Virus record (IMG/VR): IMGVR_UViG_3300037785_000057 | Location: 1 to 40,210 of that record | DNA from: a virus | Lineage: Duplodnaviria > Caudoviricetes | DNA length: 40,210 nucleotides | Strand: one strand, 5' to 3' | Shown here: piece by piece, positions 7,602 to 15,765 of the stretch | How the letters are laid out: the number at the start of each line of letters is the position of its first letter | Position numbering within the stretch: the stretch's first letter is position 1 | Translations under genes and position numbers: made by a program | Notes under the pieces: generated by a model | The model's input: only the letters and a program-made list of their open reading frames with translations | The model's database searches: none | Told to the model about the DNA's origin: nothing

Positions 7602-7653
7602 GTTGTCCTAAGGCAAACTTTTTCTTGCCATCTTGTTTGCTGTGTGCAACCTT
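7602..7653 (+). promoter_or_regulatory. Left operator and early promoter
   Basis: GTTGTC-N5-GCAAAC (7602-7618) and GTTTGC-N5-GCAACC (7635-7651). TTGCCA-N17-AACCTT mirrors the cro promoter layout. Confidence 0.7.
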
Positions 7654-7682
7654 CCGCCGCAACATGAGCGACGGAGGTTTCC

Positions 7683-7949
7683 ATGCACCCCACGACCATC
7701 CCCGAATACATCGACCACCTCCGCCGCGCGGGGTTCGTTGCCGAGCGCAGCTTTACCTTGGCGCACCTTGCGACGATCACCGTGGCCACGGACGAGGGCC
7801 GGTTCCTGGCAACCATCATGCTGTGGCAGCGCGGCGGCCCCCTCCGCCGCTTCATCGAGCTCAGTGACGACGTCACCACCGACGTCGCGGCCCTGCACCG
7901 GCTCGAGGCCGCGCTCGATCACCCGGTCGCCGAGGAGGCCGCGTCATGA
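7683..7949 (+). CDS. Early hypothetical protein (paralog of 8035-8304)
   Basis: GGAGG RBS, 88 aa. Confidence 0.75.
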   Translation: MHPTTIPEYIDHLRRAGFVAERSFTLAHLATITVATDEGRFLATIMLWQRGGPLRRFIELSDDVTTDVAALHRLEAALDHPVAEEAAS

Positions 7950-8038
7950 TCCGCCGCGCGATCACGCTCCTGCCCGCCGCCCTGCCGCTGATCGTCGGCC
8001 TCACCCTCTGGGGCCTGACCCTCTGGGGGACGCCATGA
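7946..8038 (+). CDS. 30-aa single-TM peptide (not in ORF track)
   Basis: MIRRAITLLPAALPLIVGLTLWGLTLWGTP; ATGA-coupled at both ends, with GAGGAGG upstream. Confidence 0.65.
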   Translation: MIRRAITLLPAALPLIVGLTLWGLTLWGTP

Positions 8039-8304
8039 CCCGCACGCAATACTGCAACCGCCTGCGCGCCGAGGGCCTCACCGTCAGGCCCGCCCGGCAA
8101 GCCACCAGCCACCTCGGACAGACGATCGACGTCACGCTCTACCAGGTCCACGACAGCGCCGGCGTCTTTCTGACCGACCTGATCCTCTGGGAAGACGGCC
8201 CGGACCTGCGCGCCTTCACCGCCACCGCCGCCGATCCCGCCGCGCTGGCGGAGCAATTGGCCGTGCAACACGCCTTCCGCACATTCGACGAGGCGGGAGT
8301 ATGA
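8035..8304 (+). CDS. Early hypothetical protein (paralog of 7683-7949)
   Basis: MTRTQYCNRLRAEGL...; ATGA-coupled. Confidence 0.7.
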   Translation: MTRTQYCNRLRAEGLTVRPARQATSHLGQTIDVTLYQVHDSAGVFLTDLILWEDGPDLRAFTATAADPAALAEQLAVQHAFRTFDEAGV

Positions 8305-8507
8305 CCGCCCTCGCCCTGTCCCGCGCCGATGCCCGCCGCATCCTGACCGATCCGGCCCGCGCCCAGGCCCTGCCGCACCTGCGCGCCATCGCCTGGACCG
8401 CTGCCGCCCGCGACTTCGGGATCCGCATCGACATGACCGGCCTGCTGGCCGAGGCCCGCCGCCTTCATGCCAACCCGGTCGCCGCCCCCGACGAGGCCGC
8501 GCCATGA
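8301..8507 (+). CDS. Hypothetical protein
   Basis: ATGA-coupled, 68 aa. Confidence 0.7.
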   Translation: MTALALSRADARRILTDPARAQALPHLRAIAWTAAARDFGIRIDMTGLLAEARRLHANPVAAPDEAAP

Positions 8508-8767
8508 TCCGCCGCGCGCTCACAAACCTGCCGGACACCGCCCTCACCCCGGCGCCCGCGGGCCCGACCGCGCAGGAGATCGACCGCGCCCGCAGGGTCT
8601 GGACGGCGCCGCGCGGCCACTCGATCGCCACCCGCCGCCGCGCCGCGCGCATCCTGGCTGAATCCGGCGACCGCGACCACGCCGCCGCCGCCGAGACCTT
8701 TCTCGCCGCCACGCGGCAGCCGCTTGTCGCCCGCTTTCCCGAAAGGACCGAGACATGCCCGACCTGA
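8504..8767 (+). CDS. Hypothetical protein
   Basis: ATGA-coupled, 87 aa. Confidence 0.65.
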   Translation: MIRRALTNLPDTALTPAPAGPTAQEIDRARRVWTAPRGHSIATRRRAARILAESGDRDHAAAAETFLAATRQPLVARFPERTETCPT

Positions 8768-9060
8768 CCCATGACGACCTGCCCCGGATCGCGGCCTTCG
8801 TCGCCCGCTGGTCCGGCCACGGCCTTACCCAGCGCGCCGCCGCCCTGCGCGAGGCCTGCCTGTCGGGGCACGGCACCTGGATCGAACCCGACGCCGACGC
8901 GCCCTGGCCCGCCCACAGCTGCCACGCCTGCAGCCTGATGCACCTCTGGGCGGATGGCGACACCCCCGAGGAACTGGCCCGCAACTGGTTCACCGCAGCC
9001 CAGCGGCTGCTGATCGAAATCCGCCCCGACGACACTCCTCCCGTCGAACGGGCGGCCTGA
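8755..9060 (+). CDS. Hypothetical protein
   Basis: AAGGA RBS, 101 aa. Confidence 0.65.
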   Translation: MPDLTHDDLPRIAAFVARWSGHGLTQRAAALREACLSGHGTWIEPDADAPWPAHSCHACSLMHLWADGDTPEELARNWFTAAQRLLIEIRPDDTPPVERAA

Positions 9061-9086
9061 CCGGCCCCGCAAGGGACACCGGTCCG

Positions 9087-9123
9087 GGGCCCCGGCGCTA
9101 TCCTCCTCCCGGCGTCGGGGTCC
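9087..9123 (+). ncRNA. Hairpin with CCUCCUCCC loop (cuckoo/alpha-r14-like motif)
   Basis: 13-bp stem GGGCCCCGGCGCT/GGCGTCGGGGTCC with G-U pairs and loop ATCCTCCTCCC; intergenic. Confidence 0.55.
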
Positions 9124-9148
9124 TGCACATCACGAAAGGACATGATCC

Positions 9149-9454
9149 ATGGCCGCGCGCAGCCACACCGCAGAGGAACAGCTTGGCCCCCTCGCCATCG
9201 CCCTGGGCCGCGCAGCACGGTCGGATGGCCTGCCCTGCAAGATCAGCCCCGGCGCCCTGCACCAGCGCTTCGGCGGCCCGCTCGCTCAGGACACCGGCTG
9301 GCTGCTGATCCACCGCTGGCATCAGTGCAGGACCCGCTGCGCCGCCCACGGCATCCGCCTCTTCCGATACACGCCCCCGCCCGCGCCCGGCCGTGTCGGC
9401 ATCATCGAGCTGCGCGCCCCGACCACCGACGATCGGCAGGACACGCTGCTGTGA
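9149..9454 (+). CDS. Hypothetical protein
   Basis: 101 aa, RBS upstream. Confidence 0.6.
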   Translation: MAARSHTAEEQLGPLAIALGRAARSDGLPCKISPGALHQRFGGPLAQDTGWLLIHRWHQCRTRCAAHGIRLFRYTPPPAPGRVGIIELRAPTTDDRQDTLL

Positions 9455-9678
9455 CCGCCGTCCCTTTCCCATCCCGGCGCCGCACACCCCTTCGCACGGC
9501 GCGGACGTTCCACTCCCTCAAACCCCCGGCGGCGCCGGGCGGAGCGTCCGCGCCAGCGACCCATCCCGTCACCCGCGCCGCGGAGGCCCTGATCGCCACC
9601 GGCACCCCGCCCGCCCGCGCGGCCTTCATGGCCGATCTGGCGCTCACCCTGTTGACCCACATCGCGAGGACACGATGA
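9451..9678 (+). CDS. Hypothetical protein
   Basis: GTGA-coupled start and ATGA-coupled end, 75 aa. Confidence 0.5.
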   Translation: MTAVPFPSRRRTPLRTARTFHSLKPPAAPGGASAPATHPVTRAAEALIATGTPPARAAFMADLALTLLTHIARTR

Positions 9679-9953
9679 CCGACGGAGTAACTCTGACCCC
9701 CGAACAGCAGATTGCCGTCTCGCTGCGGATGCAGCGGATCGGGAGGCTGGTCGCCAAGGAACTGCGCAAGGCCGCTGGCGTCCCCGTCCCGTTCTCGCTC
9801 TTCGTCTGGGGCGGCAACCGCAGCCAGTACGTCGCGAACGTGGATCGTGGCGATGCAATGGCCGTGATGCAGGAGACGCTGGACCGCTGGCGCCGCCACG
9901 AGCCGGACCTCGGTCCCCCGCACCTGGACGGATACGGGGAGCCCCGCCAATGA
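9675..9953 (+). CDS. Hypothetical protein
   Basis: GAGGA RBS; MTDGVTLTPEQQ...FSLFVWGGNRSQYVANVDR. Confidence 0.7.
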   Translation: MTDGVTLTPEQQIAVSLRMQRIGRLVAKELRKAAGVPVPFSLFVWGGNRSQYVANVDRGDAMAVMQETLDRWRRHEPDLGPPHLDGYGEPRQ

Positions 9954-10219
9954 CCGACGACATCCTTCACAAGATGGCCATGGAGGCCGTCGGCTTCGCT
10001 TTCCAGCTGCTCGAACCCCAGGCCGAGCACCTCGCGAAACTGGTCAAGGCAGAGGCGCAGATGCATTCCTTCCTGCACATCACCGACCCGACGGCATACC
10101 GGACGGCGATCAACAGCGAGAACCTTCGGCGCCAGGTGCGCATGGCCAATGCAGCCCTGGCGTTCGTCGCCGAGCTGCGCGCCGTCCGCGACGAGGTATC
10201 TGCGGAGGCCACCTCATGA
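9950..10219 (+). CDS. Hypothetical protein
   Basis: ATGA-coupled, 89 aa, helical. Confidence 0.7.
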   Translation: MTDDILHKMAMEAVGFAFQLLEPQAEHLAKLVKAEAQMHSFLHITDPTAYRTAINSENLRRQVRMANAALAFVAELRAVRDEVSAEATS

Positions 10220-10407
10220 CCGGCCCCGACGACCGCTTCCGCCGGGCCGAGGGCGACCTGACCGACCTTTCCCTGCCGCCCGCCGAGAAAGCCCGCCTCG
10301 ACGCCGAGTTCGACCGCTGGTCCCGCACGGCGGGCGCGGCCCTGGTGATCATCGCAACCCTTGCCGCGATTGTCGCAGCCAGCGCGCTCGGCACCCTGCA
10401 CCCCTGA
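10216..10407 (+). CDS. Small protein with C-terminal TM helix
   Basis: AGAALVIIATLAAIVAASAL. Confidence 0.65.
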   Translation: MTGPDDRFRRAEGDLTDLSLPPAEKARLDAEFDRWSRTAGAALVIIATLAAIVAASALGTLHP

Positions 10408-10430
10408 CCGACCCCGAAACGGAGAAACCC

Positions 10431-10856
10431 ATGATGGCCCGCAAGAAATCCGACGCAGCGTCCAACGCTGTCGAAGCCCACGATCCTTACCGGCTGCGCA
10501 GCCTCGAACAGATCCTGTCGCTCTTCGACGGCGGCGACTTCCTGACGGAAGTCATGAGCGGCCACCGCGATCTTCAGCGCGACCTGCTGGACCACAAGGA
10601 CAACCACGGCACGAAGGGCTGCCACGGCAGCATGACGATCTCGGTGAACTACGCCCTGGGAAAATCGGGCGACGTCGCCATGGGCGCGCGGGTCGAGTTC
10701 AAGTCACCGAAGAAACCCCCGAGCTCCGCCGCGGCCTTCATCAACGATGACGGCGAGCTGACACTTTACAGCCCGTTCATGGCGCGGATGCACCGCCCCC
10801 TCCGCGATGTCGAGGACATCGATCCGGAAACGGGCGAGGTCCGCGACCCCGACTGA
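10431..10856 (+). CDS. Partner of the DUF2303 protein (YfdP-like position)
   Basis: GSMTISVNY...FINDDGELTL...DPETGEV, directly upstream of the DUF2303 gene. Confidence 0.7.
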   Translation: MMARKKSDAASNAVEAHDPYRLRSLEQILSLFDGGDFLTEVMSGHRDLQRDLLDHKDNHGTKGCHGSMTISVNYALGKSGDVAMGARVEFKSPKKPPSSAAAFINDDGELTLYSPFMARMHRPLRDVEDIDPETGEVRDPD

Positions 10857-10886
10857 CACCAGAACCCAACTCGAAAGGACCCACAC

Positions 10887-11888
10887 ATGAGCACGACCGA
10901 CCCCCAGCAGGCGCCGTCCGCGCACAACATCGCCGAAACGCTGGCCGACCTGATCAAGACCCTGGGCGCCACCGAGGATCTCGATCCCAACGCCGCCATC
11001 GGGCCGTTCACCCATGCCGAGATTGTCGCCGTCGCCAAGGATCGCCGCATCGAGGATCTGACCGGCGCGCGCCGCCAGGCCGCGGAATACCTCAAGCCCG
11101 CCCGCCGGCGGGGCACCGCCACGCTGACCGATCTCGACAGCCTGGTCCGCTGGGCCCTGCGGTTTCGCGGGGGCAGCTCCGCGCTCTTCGCCAACGACGA
11201 CAAGCAGAACCCCAGCCTGACCTGCATCGCGGATTACCACGAATCCGGCGCGCCCGACCCGACCGACCAGCGCGGCGATCCCACCGCGCGGCACTGCGCC
11301 CACCGCGCCGTCTACAAGTTTCCGCTGTCGGACGAGTGGAAGGAATGGATGTCGGTCGCAGGCAAGGGCCTCGACAAGGACGAACTGGGCGAGTTCATCG
11401 AGAAGAACGCGAAAGACATCTTCGACCCGTCGCCCGCGATCCTCGCCGGAAAGATCATCGACGGGAACCAGGACTGGGAAAACCGCCTGATCCGCACCGC
11501 ACAGCAGATCGAAGGCCGCTACGGCCAGCTGACCCTGCTCTTGGCCATGTCCCGCCACTTTCAGGTCTATGAGACCAGCGACCTGACCGTGACCAGCAAC
11601 CGCGACACCGGCGAGGCGTCGATCCAGTTCCTCAATGAGCACAAGGACGCCGACGGCGCCCCGCTCAGAGTGCCGAACCTGATCATCATCGGCATCCCTG
11701 TCTTCCGTGGCGGCGCGCTTTACCGCCTGCCCGTGCGGTTCCGCTACCGCAAGCAGGGCTCGTCGGTGAAGTTCATCCTGAGCCCCTACAACCCCGAACG
11801 CGCCTTCGACGCGGCGTTCCGCGAGGCGGTGGAAGAGGCACAGGAACAGGCCGACCTGCCGCTCTTCTTCGGCACCCCCGAGTCCTGA
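10887..11888 (+). CDS. DUF2303 (YfdQ-like) family protein
   Basis: GTATLTDLDSL, IADYH, HRAVYKFPLSDEWKEW, IGIPVFRGG and VRFRYR motifs. Confidence 0.8.
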   Translation: MSTTDPQQAPSAHNIAETLADLIKTLGATEDLDPNAAIGPFTHAEIVAVAKDRRIEDLTGARRQAAEYLKPARRRGTATLTDLDSLVRWALRFRGGSSALFANDDKQNPSLTCIADYHESGAPDPTDQRGDPTARHCAHRAVYKFPLSDEWKEWMSVAGKGLDKDELGEFIEKNAKDIFDPSPAILAGKIIDGNQDWENRLIRTAQQIEGRYGQLTLLLAMSRHFQVYETSDLTVTSNRDTGEASIQFLNEHKDADGAPLRVPNLIIIGIPVFRGGALYRLPVRFRYRKQGSSVKFILSPYNPERAFDAAFREAVEEAQEQADLPLFFGTPES

Positions 11889-11939
11889 CGACCCCCCTGG
11901 CGCCGTGGCCCTGCCGCGGCGCCCTTCTCCTAGGCTCCG

Positions 11940-12317
11940 ATGCACCAGCTCTCCCTCTTCGGCTCCGCCCGTCCGCGCCCGACACTCGAACCGGTCGATC
12001 CCGATGGCTCCGTGGTCGAGGGCAGCATCGACGTGACCCTGCGCCTCCCGCACCCGCGCCTTGCCTGGGACATGGCCGCGATCCAGCTGCACCAGCACGA
12101 GGACAGCCGCTGGATGTGGGCAATCCAGCATGCCAATGGCGGATACCAGGTCGGCCCCAAGTGGGGCCGCTTCGCCCCGAGCCAGGCCGCAGCCCTGACC
12201 TATGCCGCCGGCGAGCTGCTGGACTGGTGCGACCGCACCGAAGCCCAGGGCCAGACCCTCTCGATCACGACGGACCAGCTCAACAAGATCCGCGCCTGGG
12301 CGGAGGCCCTGCTGTGA
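11940..12317 (+). CDS. Hypothetical protein
   Basis: 125 aa, Trp-rich; starts MHQLSLF. Confidence 0.65.
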   Translation: MHQLSLFGSARPRPTLEPVDPDGSVVEGSIDVTLRLPHPRLAWDMAAIQLHQHEDSRWMWAIQHANGGYQVGPKWGRFAPSQAAALTYAAGELLDWCDRTEAQGQTLSITTDQLNKIRAWAEALL

Positions 12318-12559
12318 GCGGCCCGCGCGACATCGAGGTCGAGATCGTCCGCCTCCCCGGGCGCCGCGCAGAGCTGCGCCACGCCGGCCAGACCATCCGC
12401 ACCGTCCGCGACAACGGCTGCGCGGAATACTACGCCAGCATCGAGGAGGCCCGCCTGCGCAAGGCCGCCGCGCGGCCCCGGCCCTGCCTGCGATGCCAGA
12501 CCGAGATCCAGAGCGAGGGGCCGCACCACCGCATGTGCGCGCCCTGCCGCAGAGCGTGA
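12314..12559 (+). CDS. Small Zn-finger protein (paralog of 5446-5673)
   Basis: RPCLRCQTEIQSEGPHHRMCAPC; GTGA-coupled. Confidence 0.7.
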   Translation: MSGPRDIEVEIVRLPGRRAELRHAGQTIRTVRDNGCAEYYASIEEARLRKAAARPRPCLRCQTEIQSEGPHHRMCAPCRRA

Positions 12560-12569
12560 GGAGAGACCG

Positions 12570-12803
12570 ATGGCACTTGACGAAGGCGAAGGCGAAGGCG
12601 GGGGCGGCGGTGGATGCTGGCGCTGCGGCGGGTCAGGCTTTGCCCGAGACTGGCTCTCAGAGGCGGAGGCCCGCCGCATGTTCGGCGAGGACTCCGTGCC
12701 ACGAGACGGGACGTTCCGTTCCGCCTCAGTCACCAGCGTCTGCGAGTGCCCGGCGGGCCAGCGGCTGCGCAGGATGATGGACGAGAACGGAGGGGACGCC
12801 TGA
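12570..12803 (+). CDS. Small Cys-motif protein
   Basis: CWRCGGSG...VCECPAG; GAGGAG RBS. Confidence 0.6.
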   Translation: MALDEGEGEGGGGGGCWRCGGSGFARDWLSEAEARRMFGEDSVPRDGTFRSASVTSVCECPAGQRLRRMMDENGGDA

Positions 12804-12804
12804 C

Positions 12805-13860
12805 ATGGCCGAGACGTCCCACATCGAATGGACCGACGCGACATGGAACCCGATCACGGGCTGCACCATGGTCAGCGCCGGCTGCACGCACTGCTATGCC
12901 ATGGGCCTCGCCGCCACCCGGCTGCGCGATCACCCCAGCCGCGAAGGGCTGACCCGCATGACGGGCGGGCGCGCGGTCTGGACGGGCGAGGTGCGTCTGA
13001 ACGAGCAATGGCTCGACCAGCCCCTGCGCTGGAAGCGCCCGCGCATGATCTTCGTCTGCGCGCACGGCGACCTCTTCCACGAGTCCGTGCCGGATGAATG
13101 GATCGACCGCGTGTTCGCCGTGATGGCGCTGGCCCCGCAGCACACGTTTCAGGTGCTGACCAAGCGACCAGAGCGGGCGCGGGCCTACTTCTATGCGCGG
13201 CTTGATGGGGACCCTTGGGCAGAGGCGGCAGACTATATCGCCGACCTTCGCGGCATGGAGGACCACGCGGTTGTGCTCGAGCCCTCCGACATGCCCCTTC
13301 CCAACGTCTGGCTTGGTACATCGGTCGAGGATCAGGCCACAGCCGACACCCGCATCCCGCACCTGCTGGCCACCCCTGCCGCAGTGCGCTTCGTCAGCGC
13401 CGAGCCGCTGCTCGGGCCGGTGGCGTTGGACGATCTTGTGATTGATGACGGGAAGCCTGGCGAGTGGCACGTCAACGCGCTCGACGCTGAGTGTGGCGAC
13501 CCAGCCGATGACCCTGATTTTGGCTGCAACACCATCGACTGGGTCATCGTCGGCGGAGAGAGCGGCCCCGGCGCCCGTCCCATGCATCCGGACTGGGCGC
13601 GGTCCCTGCGCGACCAGTGTCAAGCGGCGGGCGTGGCGTTCTTCTTCAAGCAGTGGGGGCAATGGCTCCATGAAAGCCAAGACCGCCAAGGCGAATGGGA
13701 CTGGTCAGACGCGGAGGATCGGAGGCTGCTGCACTATTGGAACGACGACCCCGAAATGGTCACGGCATCAATCCGCCTGCGCAAAGGGGACGCTGGTCGC
13801 CTTCTTGACGGTCGCACATGGGACCAGATGCCCGACCTAAGCGCCAGAGGGGACACCTGA
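12805..13860 (+). CDS. Phage Gp37/Gp68 (DUF5131) family protein
   Basis: IEWTDATWNPITGCTMVSAGCTHCYA, GDLFHE, FQVLTKRP, NVWLGTSVE, SAEPLLG, WVIVGGESG and FFFKQWG motifs. Confidence 0.92.
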   Translation: MAETSHIEWTDATWNPITGCTMVSAGCTHCYAMGLAATRLRDHPSREGLTRMTGGRAVWTGEVRLNEQWLDQPLRWKRPRMIFVCAHGDLFHESVPDEWIDRVFAVMALAPQHTFQVLTKRPERARAYFYARLDGDPWAEAADYIADLRGMEDHAVVLEPSDMPLPNVWLGTSVEDQATADTRIPHLLATPAAVRFVSAEPLLGPVALDDLVIDDGKPGEWHVNALDAECGDPADDPDFGCNTIDWVIVGGESGPGARPMHPDWARSLRDQCQAAGVAFFFKQWGQWLHESQDRQGEWDWSDAEDRRLLHYWNDDPEMVTASIRLRKGDAGRLLDGRTWDQMPDLSARGDT

Positions 13861-13896
13861 CATGGCCGCCCCGCGCCCCACCGTAGCAGCGGAGAG

Positions 13897-14133
13897 ATGC
13901 CAATGAGCCCCGCAGAGATCGCCACGAAGGATGACGTTGCCCGCGTTCTGGATCGTCTCGACGCCTTGGAGCGCCGCTTGGCAGCTGTGACCATGCAAGC
14001 GCGCGACGAGTGGCTGTCCGTGTCCGAGGCCGCCGCGCAGTGCGGCGTCAGCGAAAGCACGATCCGCCGAAGGATCGCCGCCGGTGACTTGCAAGCCAAA
14101 GGCAGCGGAAAGATGCGGCGTGTCCGGCTCTAG
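13897..14133 (+). CDS. xis: Excisionase-like HTH protein
   Basis: WLSVSEAAAQCGVSESTIRRRIAAGDL; convergent with the integrase. Confidence 0.8.
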   Translation: MPMSPAEIATKDDVARVLDRLDALERRLAAVTMQARDEWLSVSEAAAQCGVSESTIRRRIAAGDLQAKGSGKMRRVRL

Positions 14134-15095
14134 CCCAGCCGCTTGGCAATGCTTGATGCCGTCTCGCGGTAGTAGACGTTGCTCAGCAGAGATATGTCCC
14201 GATGCCCGCTGATCTTCGCCAGCGTCAGAACGTCCACCTTGCGGGCCAGCCGGGTCAGCGCCCAAGCGCGCGCGTCGTGGAATGTCAGCCCCTCGACACC
14301 CGCCTTGTCGCGGATCTTGCGCCAGAGGGCATCAAGCTGCGGCGAGGTCAGGCCGAACACCGGATCGCGCCGTGGCAGCGCCTCAAGCATGGCGACAGCA
14401 GCGGACGACAGCGGAACCTCGCGCGCCGTGCCGTTCTTGGTCATCGGCAGGCGCGCGGTTCTGGCTGCCAGGTCAATGCGCGCCCACGACAGGCCGACAA
14501 TCTCTCCCGCCCTCATGGCCGTCTCCCCCGAAAACAGGAAAGCATAGAAGGCGCGGGCCGTGGTCTTCGTCAAATCCTCCCCCGCGACGTGGCGCAGGCG
14601 CTCGATTTCGTCGGGCGTGGGCAACCTCTCACGGGCCGGGGGCTGTGGCGGCTTCCTGACGCCTTGCAGGGGGCTTCTGGCTATCGCACCCCACTCATCC
14701 CGCGCCACGCGGAACACGCCCCCCAGCAGCGCCATTTCGCGGCGCACGCTGCCCGGCCCGACCTGCCGCAATCGGCGGTCTCGCCAGTTGGCCATGTCCT
14801 GCGCCGTGAGGTCGCCCATGGGTATCGCGCCGATCATGTCCCGGCCAAGCGCAGCGAGGCGGATGACCTCCCACCGCTCCCCACGCTTGCGCGGCGAGAC
14901 CTCGCGGGCGTAGCGGTCCAGAGCGTCGGTCAGCTTCATCCGGCCTGCGATCCGCTCGCCGTCTACGATCTCGCGCTCCGTGCGCGCCGCCCAGTCCTTC
15001 GCCTCCTGCTTCGTGGCGAAGACCTTGCTCTTGCGGACGCCGCGCCGGGCAACCTGCGCGCGCCAGCCGGACTTGTGCTTTGTGATCGAGGCCAT
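14130..15095 (-). CDS. int: Tyrosine integrase (Rci/HP1-like)
   Basis: Catalytic motifs TAMRAGEI, TKNG, FHDAR, ISGH and NVYY. N-terminal arm-binding segment MASITKHKSGWRAQV. Confidence 0.93.
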   Translation of the reverse strand: MASITKHKSGWRAQVARRGVRKSKVFATKQEAKDWAARTEREIVDGERIAGRMKLTDALDRYAREVSPRKRGERWEVIRLAALGRDMIGAIPMGDLTAQDMANWRDRRLRQVGPGSVRREMALLGGVFRVARDEWGAIARSPLQGVRKPPQPPARERLPTPDEIERLRHVAGEDLTKTTARAFYAFLFSGETAMRAGEIVGLSWARIDLAARTARLPMTKNGTAREVPLSSAAVAMLEALPRRDPVFGLTSPQLDALWRKIRDKAGVEGLTFHDARAWALTRLARKVDVLTLAKISGHRDISLLSNVYYRETASSIAKRLG

Positions 15096-15235
15096 GATTC
15101 CCCACGCGCTGAAAACGTGGGGAACGGTGTGCGCGAGAGTGCCGCGCGTGGGAAGGCATCGGGAGAGGTTGCCCACAGCTTAGGGCGAGTTATCCACGCA
15201 AAAATGAGCGTTTCCGCGCGGACAGGTGCATGTTA

Positions 15236-15251
15236 TGGTGCCCCCAGAGGG
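15236..15251 (-). other. attP: attP core matching a tRNA 3' end
   Basis: CCCTC-TGGGGGC-A-CCA reads as T-stem 3' strand, acceptor strand, discriminator and CCA. It lies upstream of int and is flanked by CGTGGG(G)AA-like repeats. Confidence 0.75.
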
Positions 15252-15346
15252 CAACCGATTTCCCATTCCTGTCCGCGCACAAGCGCGCGGCGTGGGGGAT
15301 TTATGCGTAGGACCAACCGGGTTTAGCGCCCAGATAGGAGAGACGG

Positions 15347-15742
15347 ATGACGGTGAAGGACATGACGCAGCAAGAGGCGATAGCCTACAGCGGCCTGCTG
15401 ATGGCGCAGGACATCGCACACAAGACCGCGACGGATGCAGGCTGGTATCTCGACCCAGCTACCGGCAATCCGGTTGAACGCAATTTCGGGGAGGTGGTGG
15501 CCCTGATGCACTCGGAACTGTCCGAGGCTCTGGAGGCTGACCGGAAGGGGCTCATGGACGACAAACTGCCCCACCGCGACGGGCGCGAAGTGGAGTTTGC
15601 GGACTGCATCATTCGCATTCTGGACACCGCAGCCGCCCTTGGCCTCGACGTGCCGGGGGCCGTGATCGAGAAGAACCGCTACAACCGACAGCGCGCAGAT
15701 CACAAGCTGGAAGCGCGGGCGGCGGGCGGCAAAAAGTATTGA
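15347..15742 (+). CDS. MazG-like nucleotide pyrophosphohydrolase
   Basis: ALMHSELSEALEADRK...EVEFADCIIRILD (EXXE...EXXD metal-binding helices). Confidence 0.8.
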   Translation: MTVKDMTQQEAIAYSGLLMAQDIAHKTATDAGWYLDPATGNPVERNFGEVVALMHSELSEALEADRKGLMDDKLPHRDGREVEFADCIIRILDTAAALGLDVPGAVIEKNRYNRQRADHKLEARAAGGKKY

Positions 15743-15765
15743 CTCGCCCCACACAGGAGACAGCC

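Noticed and set aside
14130-15095. Shufflon or tail-fibre inversion system driven by the Rci-like recombinase
   Set aside because: I saw no inverted crossover repeats or spare fibre ends. The adjacent xis and attP explain it as the integrase.
15230-15320. Complete tRNA gene
   Set aside because: Only the last 16 nt are tRNA-like; there is no TTC loop, anticodon arm or D arm.
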